A stretch of 64,000 nucleotides of DNA from Hadesarchaea archaeon (lineage in GTDB: Archaea; Hadarchaeota; Hadarchaeia; Hadarchaeales; WYZ-LMO6): positions 1 through 64,000 of the forward strand of contig JAPDJF010000003.1 in the NCBI GenBank assembly GCA_029259185.1. Reading direction: 5' to 3'. Positions 40,038 through 50,423 of this stretch are shown one piece after another. Made by a program: the position numbers and the translations under genes. The notes below the pieces were generated by a model. That model was given only the letters and a program-made list of their open reading frames with translations. It was not told the DNA's origin and ran no database searches. The first letter of the stretch is position 1. The number at the start of each line of letters is the position of its first letter.

Positions 40038-41168
40038 ATGAGGATTCCCGTCGGAATACTCGGTGCTACGGGCGAAGTGGGGCAGAAATTCGTGCTCAAC
40101 CTGCAGGAGCATCCTTGGTTCGAGATAGTGGGTTTGTACGCCTCCAAGCGGTCTGCAGGAAGGACCTATGGGAAGGCTTTGAATTATGGGGAAGAGACCT
40201 CTAGGTGGTTCTGTGCAGGGGAGCCCAAGCGGGATATATTGGATATCCAGGTTGGCAATGTGGACGAACCGGATGAGGGTATAGATCTATTCTTTTCTGC
40301 CCTGCCTTCGGAGGCTGCGTTGGACGTAGAAGGGAAAATCGCGAAAAAAAAACCCGTGATCAGTACGGCCTCTGCGTACAGATACTTTGACGATAGCTTC
40401 GTGTTCCTTCCCGGGGTTAACGAGTCCCATGCCGGGATGATAAAGATCCAACGAGAAAGGAGAGGGTGGAAAGGTTTCGTAGTGCCCCAGCCGAATTGTA
40501 CTACGATAGGACTCGCTATGTCCCTCAAGCCCATATATGCAGACTTTGGGCTCCGGCGAGTTATCATGGTGTCCATGCAGGCGGTTTCCGGAGCGGGATA
40601 CGAGGCGGTGGGTAAGTGGGCGGAGCAAAGAAAGATTCAGGGAATCGAGCTTCCCCGGCCGCTAGAGGAGTTCATCCCCAACACCTTCGAGGGGAATGTT
40701 ATCCCTCATATACCAAAAGAGGAGGAGAAGGTAAAGCGTGAAACTCTGAAGCTCCTCGGGGAGTTCGATGGGGAGAGGATAAAGCAAGCGAGCTTTCAGA
40801 TAGCTTGTAAATGCAATCGCGTCCCCGTGCTTGAGGGGCACACGGAATCCGTGTTCATCGAGACCGAGAGGAAGTGTGGTGTGAACGAGCTGAAGGAGAG
40901 CTGGAGAAAATACCGGGGTGAGGCTCAGAGACTGAACCTCCCTTCCGCTTCTCCTCATCCGATTGTGGTCAAAGATGAAGTCGATAGGCCCCAACCGAGA
41001 TTCGATGCCAACACAGAGGGTGGGATGTGTGTAGTCATCGGTGGGGTCGAAAGCAACGTTTTCGAAAATGGCTTCCAGTACACCGTGCTTTCACACAACA
41101 CAGAACTTGGTGCGGCGAAGGGGGCTGTGCTGGCTGCGGAGTATTTGCTCAAAACAGGATGGATCTAA
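40038..41168 (+). CDS. asd: Aspartate-semialdehyde dehydrogenase
   Basis: GILGATG.VGQ, PNCTT, QAVSGAG, RVPV..GH, HN...GAA. Confidence 0.95.
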   Translation: MRIPVGILGATGEVGQKFVLNLQEHPWFEIVGLYASKRSAGRTYGKALNYGEETSRWFCAGEPKRDILDIQVGNVDEPDEGIDLFFSALPSEAALDVEGKIAKKKPVISTASAYRYFDDSFVFLPGVNESHAGMIKIQRERRGWKGFVVPQPNCTTIGLAMSLKPIYADFGLRRVIMVSMQAVSGAGYEAVGKWAEQRKIQGIELPRPLEEFIPNTFEGNVIPHIPKEEEKVKRETLKLLGEFDGERIKQASFQIACKCNRVPVLEGHTESVFIETERKCGVNELKESWRKYRGEAQRLNLPSASPHPIVVKDEVDRPQPRFDANTEGGMCVVIGGVESNVFENGFQYTVLSHNTELGAAKGAVLAAEYLLKTGWI

Positions 41169-41240
41169 GACCATACTGGATTTAGAACATCTCAATAGCT
41201 TTTGAAAGCATCTCCTGGACTCAAGACCAGATGTCTAGGA

Positions 41241-41399
41241 TGGTAGCGGGGGCTGGACTTGAACCAGCGACTTCCGGCACCCACGTTTTGCGCGGGCGTC
41301 TCCGGGTCTCGCAGAGGTTTGGGTTCTCCTATGAGCCCGGCGGGCACTCCACGCTGCCTTGGGGGCAGAGTAGGTGCTCTACTTCTGCTCTACCCCGCT
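41241..41399 (-). tRNA. Initiator tRNA-Met(CAT) with three introns: 10/11 (41359-41389), 37/38 (41308-41329), 45/46 (41272-41299)
   Basis: Spliced product AGCGGGGTAGGGCAGCGTGGAGTGCCCGCCGGGCTCATAACCCGGAGGTCGCTGGTTCAAGTCCAGCCCCCGCTACCA has A1-U72, three G-C pairs in the anticodon stem and encoded CCA. Confidence 0.9.
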
Positions 41400-41516
41400 A
41401 CAATAACTCCCCGCTACCGTAGGTTGGTTTTACTTCTCGGGATAAATGATTTACGTATCCACCTCAGGCTCCCTAAGGGCATCTCCACTTAAATAACTGG
41501 AAGAGAGACTGAGCTT

Positions 41517-42437
41517 GTGGAAACCGTAGTGTATCTTTGTATCCTCTTGGCTAGCATCGCGCTGATCTGGAGAGCTGGAGATATTTTTGTAGATTCTGCT
41601 TGTGAGATCGCGCGTGGGTTGGGGATCTCCCGTGCTGTTGTTGGCTTGACGCTCGTAAGCTTCGCCACGACCGCCCCCGAGTTCGCTACTTCGACGATAG
41701 CAACAGCAACGGGAAGCGTGGGGATGGCCTATGGGAATGCCGTGGGGTCGGTCATCACGAACATGGGGCTCATCCTCGCTTTGGCCACCATTCTGTCAAC
41801 GATAAAGATTGAAAAGGGAAGCTCGAAATGGGGGGGAACGATGTTGGGGTTAGGAATCATGGCCGTTTTCATGACGCTGGATTTCGAACTCGCCCGCATT
41901 GAAGCGTCCCTGTTGTTTTTGGTTACCCTGTTGTTCCTGCTCGTCGTGTCGGTGAAAAACAGTGGGGGTGGAGGTGGGAGAGAAAAGGTTTACCTTCCAA
42001 AGGTATTTTCACTATTCGTCTTAGGCGCCGCTGGAGTCGTGGTGGGGAGCAGGCTACTCGTCTTTTCGGGGGTCGAACTCGCATCCTCCTTGGGGGTATC
42101 AGAGGCCGTGATAGGGTTCACGCTCATCGCGTTCGGAACCTCCGTCCCAGAGTTGACTACAGCTTTGATCTCCGTCTCGAAGAAGGTTCCCGAGCTATCG
42201 CTCGGAAACATCTTGGGGGCGAATATAATGGATTTGGGATGGGTACTTGGGGTGGCAGGGATCATAAGTCCACTTACCGTTGAATCAAACACTTTAGCGT
42301 TTGGAAACTCAGTAATGCTTTTGGCCATGGTTATCCTGCTTGTCTCTCTCACACGAAACAAACGATTGGGACGTCTCACCGGGTGCATGCTATTGGGATT
42401 GTACGGGATTTATCTGCTCGGGATGATTATTCTGTAG
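41517..42437 (+). CDS. Calcium/sodium antiporter (YrbG family)
   Basis: Two alpha-repeats: ATTAPE...GNAVGS and GTSVPE...GNILGAN. Confidence 0.92.
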   Translation: METVVYLCILLASIALIWRAGDIFVDSACEIARGLGISRAVVGLTLVSFATTAPEFATSTIATATGSVGMAYGNAVGSVITNMGLILALATILSTIKIEKGSSKWGGTMLGLGIMAVFMTLDFELARIEASLLFLVTLLFLLVVSVKNSGGGGGREKVYLPKVFSLFVLGAAGVVVGSRLLVFSGVELASSLGVSEAVIGFTLIAFGTSVPELTTALISVSKKVPELSLGNILGANIMDLGWVLGVAGIISPLTVESNTLAFGNSVMLLAMVILLVSLTRNKRLGRLTGCMLLGLYGIYLLGMIIL

Positions 42438-42456
42438 TCTTTCTCCGAATCTGTAA

Positions 42457-42492
42457 TGTACAAAAGTGTACTACAAAGTATTAAAAAGTACA
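42457..42492 (+). promoter_or_regulatory. trp operon promoter with four phased TRP-box-like sites
   Basis: TGTACA-N4-TGTACT-N4-AGTATT-N4-AGTACA overlapping TATTAAAA. Confidence 0.7.
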
Positions 42493-42510
42493 ACAAAGAA
42501 AGAAAAGGAG

Positions 42511-43989
42511 ATGAGGGGACTGGGAGAGAGCACGACCGTAGACATGGTAAAAGCGATGGTGGATGAGCTTGAGAGACCTTGTATAGTTCCCATGATAGCA
42601 CGCGTCCAAGGGTACAAGGATCCAGCTAAGGTATACTTTAGCGTCCGTAGGAGATCCTCTGTCTCCTATCTGCTTGAGTCAGCGGAGATAGCTGGAGGGA
42701 CCGCCCGTTATTCCGTCATAGGATATGATCCTCTGTTACATCTCAAAGTCAAGGGGAAAAGATACTTACTCGAAGGGAGAAAGGAGCTGGCAGATATGGG
42801 GAGCAAGAGGGGGGTGGGGGGGGACGCGCTGGAGGTTCTGAAAAGGATGTTTCTTTTCGATGAACTCGAGGTGCCGAGACTGAAGCCGGGGTACTTGGTG
42901 TCCGCGGTCGGATACGTGGGATATGACTACGTGCGTTCTTTCTTGGACCTGGGGGGACGAGCTAAAGACGATTTGGGGCAACCCGAGCTAGAGTTTTCGC
43001 TCCCCGGCAAAGTGATCGTCTTCGATCACGCGCGTGGGGAGACCATCTACTGTGTGAACACACTCCTTTCGGAGAACTCCGATTTCCAAGAAGTCTGTCA
43101 CAGGGGAAAGATCGTATTGAAGGAAATGATGAAGGTGGGTGAAATTGAACCTCAAGAGAAAAGGAGGAAGATCAGGGTGAGGTCTAACCTCACGGCGAGA
43201 GAGTTTGGGAGAGCAGTAGAAATAGCCAAGCAGTACATCCACGAGGGAGATGTCATCCAAGTTGTACTCTCCAGGAGGATTGAGCTAGATCCCGCACCCC
43301 CTCTCGAATCGTTTTACGTTAACCTGCGCAGGATAAATCCTTCTCCGTACATGTTTTTCCTCGATTTTCCTGAGCGAAGCGTGATAGGATCCAGTCCTGA
43401 GGTTCAGGTGAAGCTGGATGGAGAGAGGGTAACGGTTCGCCCTATAGCGGGGACGAGGAGAAGGGGGGCGAATCCAAGCGAGGATGGAAGGCTGGAGCGG
43501 GAACTCCTGATGGATGAAAAAGAGAGAGCGGAGCACGTGATGCTCGTCGATCTCGCGAGGAACGATGTGGGGAAGATATCAAGGTTTGGTTCCGTGAAGG
43601 TTACGGAGTTCATGAGGGTGGAGAAGTACAGCCATGTCCAGCACCTAGTTTCGAACGTTGTAGGAGAACTCTCGCCGGGGAGAGACGCTTTTGACGCTTT
43701 TAAAGCGACCTTTCCGGCCGGGACCGTTACGGGTGCCCCAAAGGTCAGGGCAATGGAAATAATCGAAGAGCTTGAGGGAACGCAGAGGGGAATCTATGCC
43801 GGTGCTGTGGGCTCCTTCAGTTATATAGGGGACATGGACTTCGCCATAGCTATCAGAACTTTGATCGCGGAGCGAGGGAGGGGATACGTACAAGTTGGTG
43901 CGGGTGTGGTCGCGGACTCAGTTGGGTGGAAAGAGCACTATGAAACGAAAAATAAGGCCAAAGCATTGCTCCGTGCGGCGGGGATCTAG
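42511..43989 (+). CDS. trpE: Anthranilate synthase component I
   Basis: LLESA, NPSPYMF, GSSPE, RPIAGTR.RG, KE.AEH.MLVDL.RND; start uncertain. Confidence 0.95.
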   Translation: MRGLGESTTVDMVKAMVDELERPCIVPMIARVQGYKDPAKVYFSVRRRSSVSYLLESAEIAGGTARYSVIGYDPLLHLKVKGKRYLLEGRKELADMGSKRGVGGDALEVLKRMFLFDELEVPRLKPGYLVSAVGYVGYDYVRSFLDLGGRAKDDLGQPELEFSLPGKVIVFDHARGETIYCVNTLLSENSDFQEVCHRGKIVLKEMMKVGEIEPQEKRRKIRVRSNLTAREFGRAVEIAKQYIHEGDVIQVVLSRRIELDPAPPLESFYVNLRRINPSPYMFFLDFPERSVIGSSPEVQVKLDGERVTVRPIAGTRRRGANPSEDGRLERELLMDEKERAEHVMLVDLARNDVGKISRFGSVKVTEFMRVEKYSHVQHLVSNVVGELSPGRDAFDAFKATFPAGTVTGAPKVRAMEIIEELEGTQRGIYAGAVGSFSYIGDMDFAIAIRTLIAERGRGYVQVGAGVVADSVGWKEHYETKNKAKALLRAAGI

Positions 43990-44565
43990 ATGCGGGTCGT
44001 CGTCATAGACAATATAGATTCCTTTGTTTACAACCTCGTCCAGTATATTGGTGAACTCGGGGCCAAACCGGTGGTGTTCACCAATCGAGTTCCCATTCGA
44101 GAGATCAAGAAGGCCAAACCCGATCGGATAGTGATCTCCCCGGGGCCTAGGACACCCAAGGACGCAGGGATTTCGGTAGGGGCCGTGCGCGAGTTGGGGG
44201 AGAAGATACCCATCTTGGGTGTGTGTTTGGGACACCAATCCATAGCCTACGCTTTCGGTGCGCGGGTGGTGAAAGCTAAGCGGATAATGCACGGGAAGAC
44301 CTCACGAATAAGGCATGATGGTTGCCCTCTCTTCAAAGGCGTGCCCAACCCATTTGAGGCAACGCGTTATCATTCCCTCGTGGTGGATGGTGGGAGCCTG
44401 CCAGAGTGTCTGCGTGTTACGGCTCTGACCGATGATGAGTATGGGGAGATCATGGGAATAAGGCATGAGAAGTTTCCCGTGTTCGGGGTCCAGTTCCATC
44501 CGGAGTCCATTCTCACTCCAAACGGGAAGACCATCATCAAAAACTTCTTGGAGGTGGAGCCGTGA
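43990..44565 (+). CDS. trpG: Anthranilate synthase component II
   Basis: DN.DSF.YNL, SPGP, GVCLGHQ, RYHSL, QFHPES. Confidence 0.95.
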   Translation: MRVVVIDNIDSFVYNLVQYIGELGAKPVVFTNRVPIREIKKAKPDRIVISPGPRTPKDAGISVGAVRELGEKIPILGVCLGHQSIAYAFGARVVKAKRIMHGKTSRIRHDGCPLFKGVPNPFEATRYHSLVVDGGSLPECLRVTALTDDEYGEIMGIRHEKFPVFGVQFHPESILTPNGKTIIKNFLEVEP

Positions 44566-45632
44566 ATCCAATCCAGCTTGCCATCCGAAAGCTCGTGGAA
44601 AGAGTTAACCTCACTGGAGGAGAGGCCAAAGAGGCGATGAAACAAATAATGTCGGGCGAAGCAACGCCAGCCCAGATAGGAGCATTTCTCACGGCACTGA
44701 GGATGAAAGGGGAGACCGTGGAGGAGATCGCAGCTTTTGCAAGCGTTATGAGAGAATTCGCTTACAGGATAAGTCCGAGGATCAGAGATGAACTCGTTGA
44801 CACATGCGGAACGGGAGGGGATAAGATTAAAACTTTTAATGTGAGTACTGCTGCAGCCTTCGTAGCCGCAGGGGCTGAGGTGTTCATAGCGAAGCACGGA
44901 AACCGATCGGTGACGAGCAGAGCGGGTAGTGCTGATGTGGTTGAAGTCCTTGGAATCAAGCTCGACCTCCCGCCCGAGAGGGTTCAGAGGTGTATTGAGG
45001 AGGTAGGGATAGGGTTCCTCTTCGCCCCCCAGTTTCACAGAGCTATGGGTCACGCAATCGGTCCCCGGAAGGAAATGGGCATACGTACGGTCTTCAATAT
45101 CTTGGGTCCTTTAACGAACCCGGCACGCTGTAGTGCCCAACTCGTGGGTGTTTATGATCCTTCTCTTACCGAAAAGCTCGCAGAAGTCCTCGCGAGGCTC
45201 GGGTGTAAGCGCGCGATGGTGGTTTCGGGGGTTGATGGTATAGACGAACTCTCGACCTTGGGTGAGACGAGGGTCTCGGAGGTGAGGGATGGCAGAGTTT
45301 TCACCTATACGGTGAGCCCAGAGGATTTCGGAATCGAGAGGACTATCCCCGCGAATATCGCGGGAATGGATCCTGAGCGTAATGCGAGGATCTTACTCAA
45401 AATTCTACGTGGAGAAAGAGGGCCGAGGAGGGATATAGTGGTGCTCAATGCCGGTGCAGCCATAACCGTGAGTGGGAAAACGGAGGATCTGAGAGATGGG
45501 ATAGAGATGGCGAATGAAGCCATAGATTCGGGTAAGGCCTATCGAAAACTCCTCCAATTGGTGGAAGCCACGGGCGGTGATCCTCAGACGATCAAAACAC
45601 TGGAGGAGGGGTTAGATGAACGTGCTAGATGA
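44562..45632 (+). CDS. trpD: Anthranilate phosphoribosyltransferase
   Basis: DTCGTGGD, KHGNRS.TS..GSAD, RTVFN.LGPLTNP. Confidence 0.96.
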   Translation: MNPIQLAIRKLVERVNLTGGEAKEAMKQIMSGEATPAQIGAFLTALRMKGETVEEIAAFASVMREFAYRISPRIRDELVDTCGTGGDKIKTFNVSTAAAFVAAGAEVFIAKHGNRSVTSRAGSADVVEVLGIKLDLPPERVQRCIEEVGIGFLFAPQFHRAMGHAIGPRKEMGIRTVFNILGPLTNPARCSAQLVGVYDPSLTEKLAEVLARLGCKRAMVVSGVDGIDELSTLGETRVSEVRDGRVFTYTVSPEDFGIERTIPANIAGMDPERNARILLKILRGERGPRRDIVVLNAGAAITVSGKTEDLRDGIEMANEAIDSGKAYRKLLQLVEATGGDPQTIKTLEEGLDERAR

Positions 45633-46380
45633 GATAGTGAGAAAGGTTAGAGCGAGGACCAAGGAACTGGCCGAGGCAAGACCCATCTCTTCGATGAATA
45701 TTCCGAAGTATAAGAGGCGTAGCTTGGTCTCGGCGATAGAGAAAGCTTGGAAGGTAGCCCTTATAGGGGAGATAAAGAGGGCCTCTCCTTCTGCTGGAGT
45801 TATACGTTCAGGAGTCGATGTGGTCGATGTGGGGCTCGCCATCGAGAGAGGTGGCGGAACTGCGATTTCGGTGCTTACCGAGCCGGAGTACTTCATGGGG
45901 GATTTGTCCTCGATCAAGCTCTTGAAGAATGTGGTGAGGGTTCCGATACTCCGTAAAGATTTCATCGTGGAGGAGTATCAGCTTTACGAATCCGCTGAAG
46001 CTCAAGCTGATGCCGTGCTCCTCATAGTTAAGATCTTGGGGAAAAGATTGCCTAGATTTCTTGAACTCACTCACGAGCTAGGAATGGAAGGACTCGTAGA
46101 AGTCACCACCGAAGAGGAGTTGGATCTTGCTCTCTCGGCTGGAGCTGAACTCATTGGAATCAACAACAGGGACTTAAGCACTTTTGAGGTGAATGTGGAG
46201 CGAACTCTCGAACTTGCCCCATTAGTTCCTGAAGAAGTGGTCCTAGTAAGCGAGAGTGGCATCAGGTCTCGTGAAGATGTGGAAAGGGTCGTGAATGCGG
46301 GCGTCGATGCCGTGCTCGTGGGGACCTCTCTGATGCGGGCTAAAAACATTGAGAAAAAGGTGAGATCCCTACTAGGGTGA
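45616..46380 (+). CDS. trpC: Indole-3-glycerol phosphate synthase
   Basis: EIKRASPS.G, SVLTE, LRKDF, GINNR.L, ESGI. Confidence 0.96.
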   Translation: MNVLDEIVRKVRARTKELAEARPISSMNIPKYKRRSLVSAIEKAWKVALIGEIKRASPSAGVIRSGVDVVDVGLAIERGGGTAISVLTEPEYFMGDLSSIKLLKNVVRVPILRKDFIVEEYQLYESAEAQADAVLLIVKILGKRLPRFLELTHELGMEGLVEVTTEEELDLALSAGAELIGINNRDLSTFEVNVERTLELAPLVPEEVVLVSESGIRSREDVERVVNAGVDAVLVGTSLMRAKNIEKKVRSLLG

Positions 46381-46384
46381 AGAT

Positions 46385-47032
46385 GTGGTGAAAGTCAAAA
46401 TATGTGGGTTCAAAAGGGAGAGAGACGTGAGGGCGGCATGTAATATGGGGGTTGATATGATAGGCATAAATCTCGTGCTTGGGTCCCCTAGACGTGTAAC
46501 ACTAGGAACGGCGAAGAAGCTTTTCGAGGTAGTCCCGAGGGAAGTAAAAAAGGTTGCCGTGCTTAGACCTAGAGAGCCCTGGGAAATAGAGAAAGTTTCT
46601 GTGAGACTCAAGCCGGATGTCCTTCAAATTAATCCGCAGTTCTCCCTCTCCAAGCTAATGGGGGTGAAGATGGGGGGTGGGGAAGAGCTGATTCTCACTA
46701 TTTCGATTCCATCCAGCGGAGTGAATCGTGGGGAGGTGATTAGAAAAGCTCTCGAGGCTAGTAGGATAGCGGACTACATACTGCTTGATACGAGAGGACC
46801 AATTGGAGGTGGCACCGGGTTGCCTCACGACTGGACACTGAGTGGAGAGATACGGAAGATGTTGAAGAAACCGGTTTTCTTGGCCGGGGGACTCACACAT
46901 TCCAATGTACGGAAGGCGATCGAAATCGTCCGACCTTACGGAGTGGATGTGGCGAGCGGGGTCGAATCCAAGCCCGGAATAAAAGATCCAGAACTCATGT
47001 ATAAATTCGTGAAGGCCGTGAGGAGTCCATGA
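46385..47032 (+). CDS. trpF: Phosphoribosylanthranilate isomerase
   Basis: KVKICG, GGTG..HDW, LAGGL, GVDVASGVE..PG.KD. Confidence 0.95.
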   Translation: MVKVKICGFKRERDVRAACNMGVDMIGINLVLGSPRRVTLGTAKKLFEVVPREVKKVAVLRPREPWEIEKVSVRLKPDVLQINPQFSLSKLMGVKMGGGEELILTISIPSSGVNRGEVIRKALEASRIADYILLDTRGPIGGGTGLPHDWTLSGEIRKMLKKPVFLAGGLTHSNVRKAIEIVRPYGVDVASGVESKPGIKDPELMYKFVKAVRSP

Positions 47033-47134
47033 TGTTAATATCCTCTGTCCCTCCGAAGTTCAGCGGTACCAGCTTCGAGATCAGAAGATCGCGAGCGAGT
47101 ACTAGCTCTCCTCCGAGGCTCGACTTAGAATTGG

Positions 47135-48370
47135 GTGAGGAGGGATGATGTGTCCTCGCGAACGATAAACTGGGCGCGACTTACGAGGAGATATCCGGAT
47201 CATCGTGGATACTTTGGGCCCTATGGTGGAAAATTCGTACCGGAGACCTTAATGTCAGCTCTTGAGGAACTCGAGAGATACTACTTGAAGATCAAAAAAA
47301 GCAAAAGGTTTCAGCGAGAACTTCAAGCGTTGCTGAGGGAGTATGGGGGCAGGCCTACTCCTCTCTACCATGCTAAGAGGTTAAGCGAACTGATCGGTTC
47401 CAAACTGTACTTGAAAAGGGAAGACCTGTTGTTCGGCGGTGCACATAAACTCAACAACACGCTAGGGCAAGCGCTTCTGGCCAAATATATGGGGAAGAAG
47501 CGCATAGTCGCGGAGACCGGGGCGGGACAACACGGGGTCGCCACCGCCACGGCCGCTGCCATGCTCGGTTTGGAGTGTGATATCTATATGGGTGTCACGG
47601 ACATGGAGCGACAGAAACTTAACGTGTTCCGGATGCGGTTGCTGGGGGCCAGGGTGATCCCGGTCAAGAGCGGTTCCCGCACCCTGAAGGATGCCATAAA
47701 TGAAGCTCTTCGGGATTGGACGACGAACGTCGAGACCACCCACTATTTGCTCGGCTCCGTGGTCGGACCTCACCCTTATCCGATGATCGTGAGAGATTTT
47801 CAGCGGGTAATCGGTCGGGAGACCAAGAAACAGATTCTAAAGCATGAAGGGCGACTACCAGATGCAATCGTAGCCTGTGTTGGTGGGGGGAGCAACGCCA
47901 TCGGGATATTCTATGATTTTCTAGATGACCCTGTTCAACTCTTCGGTATCGAGGCTGGAGGAGAGGGGCTTGAAACAAACATGCATGCCGCTCCTCTCTG
48001 TGCCGGTTCTGAAGGTGTTCTTCATGGGTCACGGAGCTACGTTATGCAGGATCGATTCGGACAGATTCTCCAGACCCACAGCATCGCTGCTGGGTTAGAC
48101 TATCCAGGTGTAGGACCGGAGCACGCTTTTCTGAAGCTTCGGGGGAGGGTGAAGTATGACTACGTTACGGATGGGGAGGCCTTAGAAGCGTTTAGGATCG
48201 TATCGAAAACCGAAGGGATCATCCCTGCCCTTGAGTCGGCCCACGCGATAGCCTACCTGAGGAAGAGAGCCTCCAAATTCAGGGGCAAGCTTGTGGTAGT
48301 TAACCTCTCGGGGAGGGGGGATAAGGATGTGGAACTTGTGGCGAAAACTTTGGGGGGATCTAAGGATTGA
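47135..48370 (+). CDS. trpB: Tryptophan synthase beta chain
   Basis: [41 protein letters not shown]. Confidence 0.97.
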   Translation: MRRDDVSSRTINWARLTRRYPDHRGYFGPYGGKFVPETLMSALEELERYYLKIKKSKRFQRELQALLREYGGRPTPLYHAKRLSELIGSKLYLKREDLLFGGAHKLNNTLGQALLAKYMGKKRIVAETGAGQHGVATATAAAMLGLECDIYMGVTDMERQKLNVFRMRLLGARVIPVKSGSRTLKDAINEALRDWTTNVETTHYLLGSVVGPHPYPMIVRDFQRVIGRETKKQILKHEGRLPDAIVACVGGGSNAIGIFYDFLDDPVQLFGIEAGGEGLETNMHAAPLCAGSEGVLHGSRSYVMQDRFGQILQTHSIAAGLDYPGVGPEHAFLKLRGRVKYDYVTDGEALEAFRIVSKTEGIIPALESAHAIAYLRKRASKFRGKLVVVNLSGRGDKDVELVAKTLGGSKD

Positions 48371-49182
48371 GTCGAATAGCGGAAAAATTTGAGGAACTCC
48401 GGAGAAGAGGAGAGGGTGCGCTCATAGCATTCATCACCGCGGGGGATCCGGCACCAGAAATAACCCCTTCGATCGTTCAGGTGTTAGCTAAACATGCTGA
48501 TGTTGTGGAGTTGGGGTTGCCTTTTTCCGATCCCATAGCGGATGGACCAACTATCCAAGAAGCCACGGATAGAGCCCTGAGAGCCGGGACAGACACCGAT
48601 ACGGTGCTCGAGATCGTTAAGGAAATCCGAGAAGGGAGCGATGTGCCACTTGTGATTCTCACGTATTTCAACCCAGTACTACAATTCGGTATCCGGGAAT
48701 TCTTAAGCAGGTTAGCTCACATGGGGGGCGATGGGATAATCGTGCCCGACCTCCCCATAGACGAGTCCGGAGAGTTTAGGAAGATCGCGAGGGAGGTGGG
48801 AATCGATACCATTCAACTCGTGGCACCCACCACTCCACCTTCGCGCGTGAAGACTATATGTGAAAGATCGAGTGGCTTCGTGTACGTGGTGTCCTTGTTG
48901 GGTGTCACGGGGCCGAGAGAAAGGCTCTCTGAACTCGTGAGGCCGACGATCAAGAAGGTAAAGAGGCTTTCGAAAATACCAATAGCTGTGGGGTTCGGTA
49001 TCTCAAAACCTGAGCACGTGAGGGCCGTGCTGGACGCTGGAGCGGATGGAGCTATAGTGGGCAGCGCGTTCGTTAAACTCATCAAGGAGAATCTCAGCGA
49101 TGTCGGAAAAATGTTGGAGGAGCTGGAAACCTTTAGTGCGGACCTGAAGAGGGCAACGAAGAAGTTGGCAAAGTTTAAATGA
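48367..49182 (+). CDS. trpA: Tryptophan synthase alpha chain
   Basis: AGDP, ELG.PFSDP.ADGP.IQ, GVTG.R, VGFGI. Confidence 0.97.
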   Translation: MSRIAEKFEELRRRGEGALIAFITAGDPAPEITPSIVQVLAKHADVVELGLPFSDPIADGPTIQEATDRALRAGTDTDTVLEIVKEIREGSDVPLVILTYFNPVLQFGIREFLSRLAHMGGDGIIVPDLPIDESGEFRKIAREVGIDTIQLVAPTTPPSRVKTICERSSGFVYVVSLLGVTGPRERLSELVRPTIKKVKRLSKIPIAVGFGISKPEHVRAVLDAGADGAIVGSAFVKLIKENLSDVGKMLEELETFSADLKRATKKLAKFK

Positions 49183-49226
49183 ATAAATATAAGTGTAGAG
49201 AGGACATATCACGGATGACTGAATAG

Positions 49227-49787
49227 GTGGTTTTCACGAAGGAGGGAGTACTCAAACTGTCTTTGACCGCACTTTCGATAATCCTTTGGATTGCACCTCT
49301 TATCGCCGCCTTCGGGGCGAGTGGATGGGACCTGCAGACCACGCTCGCACCCCGAGAAGACATCGAATCCCTAACGAGCAGGACTGAGAGCATCGTCACC
49401 AGCCTCGAGGATGTGAGGAATTCCATCGAGAACGCTTGGGTTGGGTGGACGGATGAGCTAACCTTAGAGGTCAAGATCTCCCTAAGCGTACCGGAGGGAA
49501 ATGTGAGGATAGATAACTTCTCGGCTAATGCGTATTGTGCTACACACGATGTATTCCTGGGGACGATCAAACTTCAAGCCCCCGTTGAACTTTCTCCTGA
49601 GACGAGCGGGGAGGTGGCCATAGTTTTAACACTGACACGAGAGGGCAAGGCCCACATCGACTCCGCACACGGTGGAGAAAACTCGTTGGAGATCAGAATT
49701 GAAAACTTGCAAGTAGCGATCTACGGTATTAAGGTCTCTATCGGAGAGTCATTAGTGGTTACAATTCCACTGGGGGAGACGGTATGA
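49227..49787 (+). CDS. Membrane-anchored hypothetical protein (beta-rich, LEA_2/WHy-like?)
   Basis: N-terminal TM, then amphipathic helix and alternating beta pattern; fold guess only. Confidence 0.65.
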   Translation: MVFTKEGVLKLSLTALSIILWIAPLIAAFGASGWDLQTTLAPREDIESLTSRTESIVTSLEDVRNSIENAWVGWTDELTLEVKISLSVPEGNVRIDNFSANAYCATHDVFLGTIKLQAPVELSPETSGEVAIVLTLTREGKAHIDSAHGGENSLEIRIENLQVAIYGIKVSIGESLVVTIPLGETV

Positions 49788-50389
49788 ACATGGATCTTGT
49801 CAAAGGGATAAACTGGTTCGGGGTCGCAGGAGGGGTTCTAATGCTTATCCTCCCCTTTTCAGGACCGTGGTGGCAAGCTCACGCGGGGGATGGAATGATG
49901 GATTTATCCTTCTCACCTTTCGATCTCCATTTGTCTATCCTCGACCAATCCATGGAGTCTCCTCTCGTGAACTACGCCCTTCTGGCTGCGAAGCTTACGG
50001 TTCTGGTGGGGGGGCTCCTGCTGGTACTCGGGTCTATTTTCACCGGTCGGTGGTGGTCTAAGCATTTAATGAAGTTTGGTGCTACCAAGGTATTTTGGAT
50101 GGTGGTGGGGATGGTGTTGCTTCTCGTGATGGGAGCGTTCTTAGCGAATAGATTCCTTCCGACCTTGGTTTCCTCCATAGTCAAAGAGGGAAACATCGAC
50201 ATCGATGTGGAAATCCCTTACCTCAGCGGCGAGAGCAGCGGCATAACCGTGCAGGCGGGTTCCACCGCAGTAAACGTTCCCATCACAACCTTTTTGACCT
50301 CTAGGTTCTGGATCGCCACCGTCGTGGGATTTCTCGGAATAGCCGCCCGCGTTTATCATCGGAAGTTCACCCACCAAAGTATGGGGTGA
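49784..50389 (+). CDS. Hypothetical 4-TM membrane protein
   Basis: ATGA overlap with the upstream gene; hydrophobic segments; PWW motif. Confidence 0.7.
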   Translation: MNMDLVKGINWFGVAGGVLMLILPFSGPWWQAHAGDGMMDLSFSPFDLHLSILDQSMESPLVNYALLAAKLTVLVGGLLLVLGSIFTGRWWSKHLMKFGATKVFWMVVGMVLLLVMGAFLANRFLPTLVSSIVKEGNIDIDVEIPYLSGESSGITVQAGSTAVNVPITTFLTSRFWIATVVGFLGIAARVYHRKFTHQSMG

Positions 50390-50423
50390 ATTCGACCTGG
50401 GAAAATTGATGATGAAGCTTTAG

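Noticed and set aside
41231-41492. Short ORFs over the tRNA-iMet locus (similarly 2442-2699 over tRNA-Arg)
   Set aside because: Shadows of tRNA genes
47033-47134. Internal regulatory element between trpF and trpB (single AGTACT)
   Set aside because: One hexamer without phasing is expected by chance
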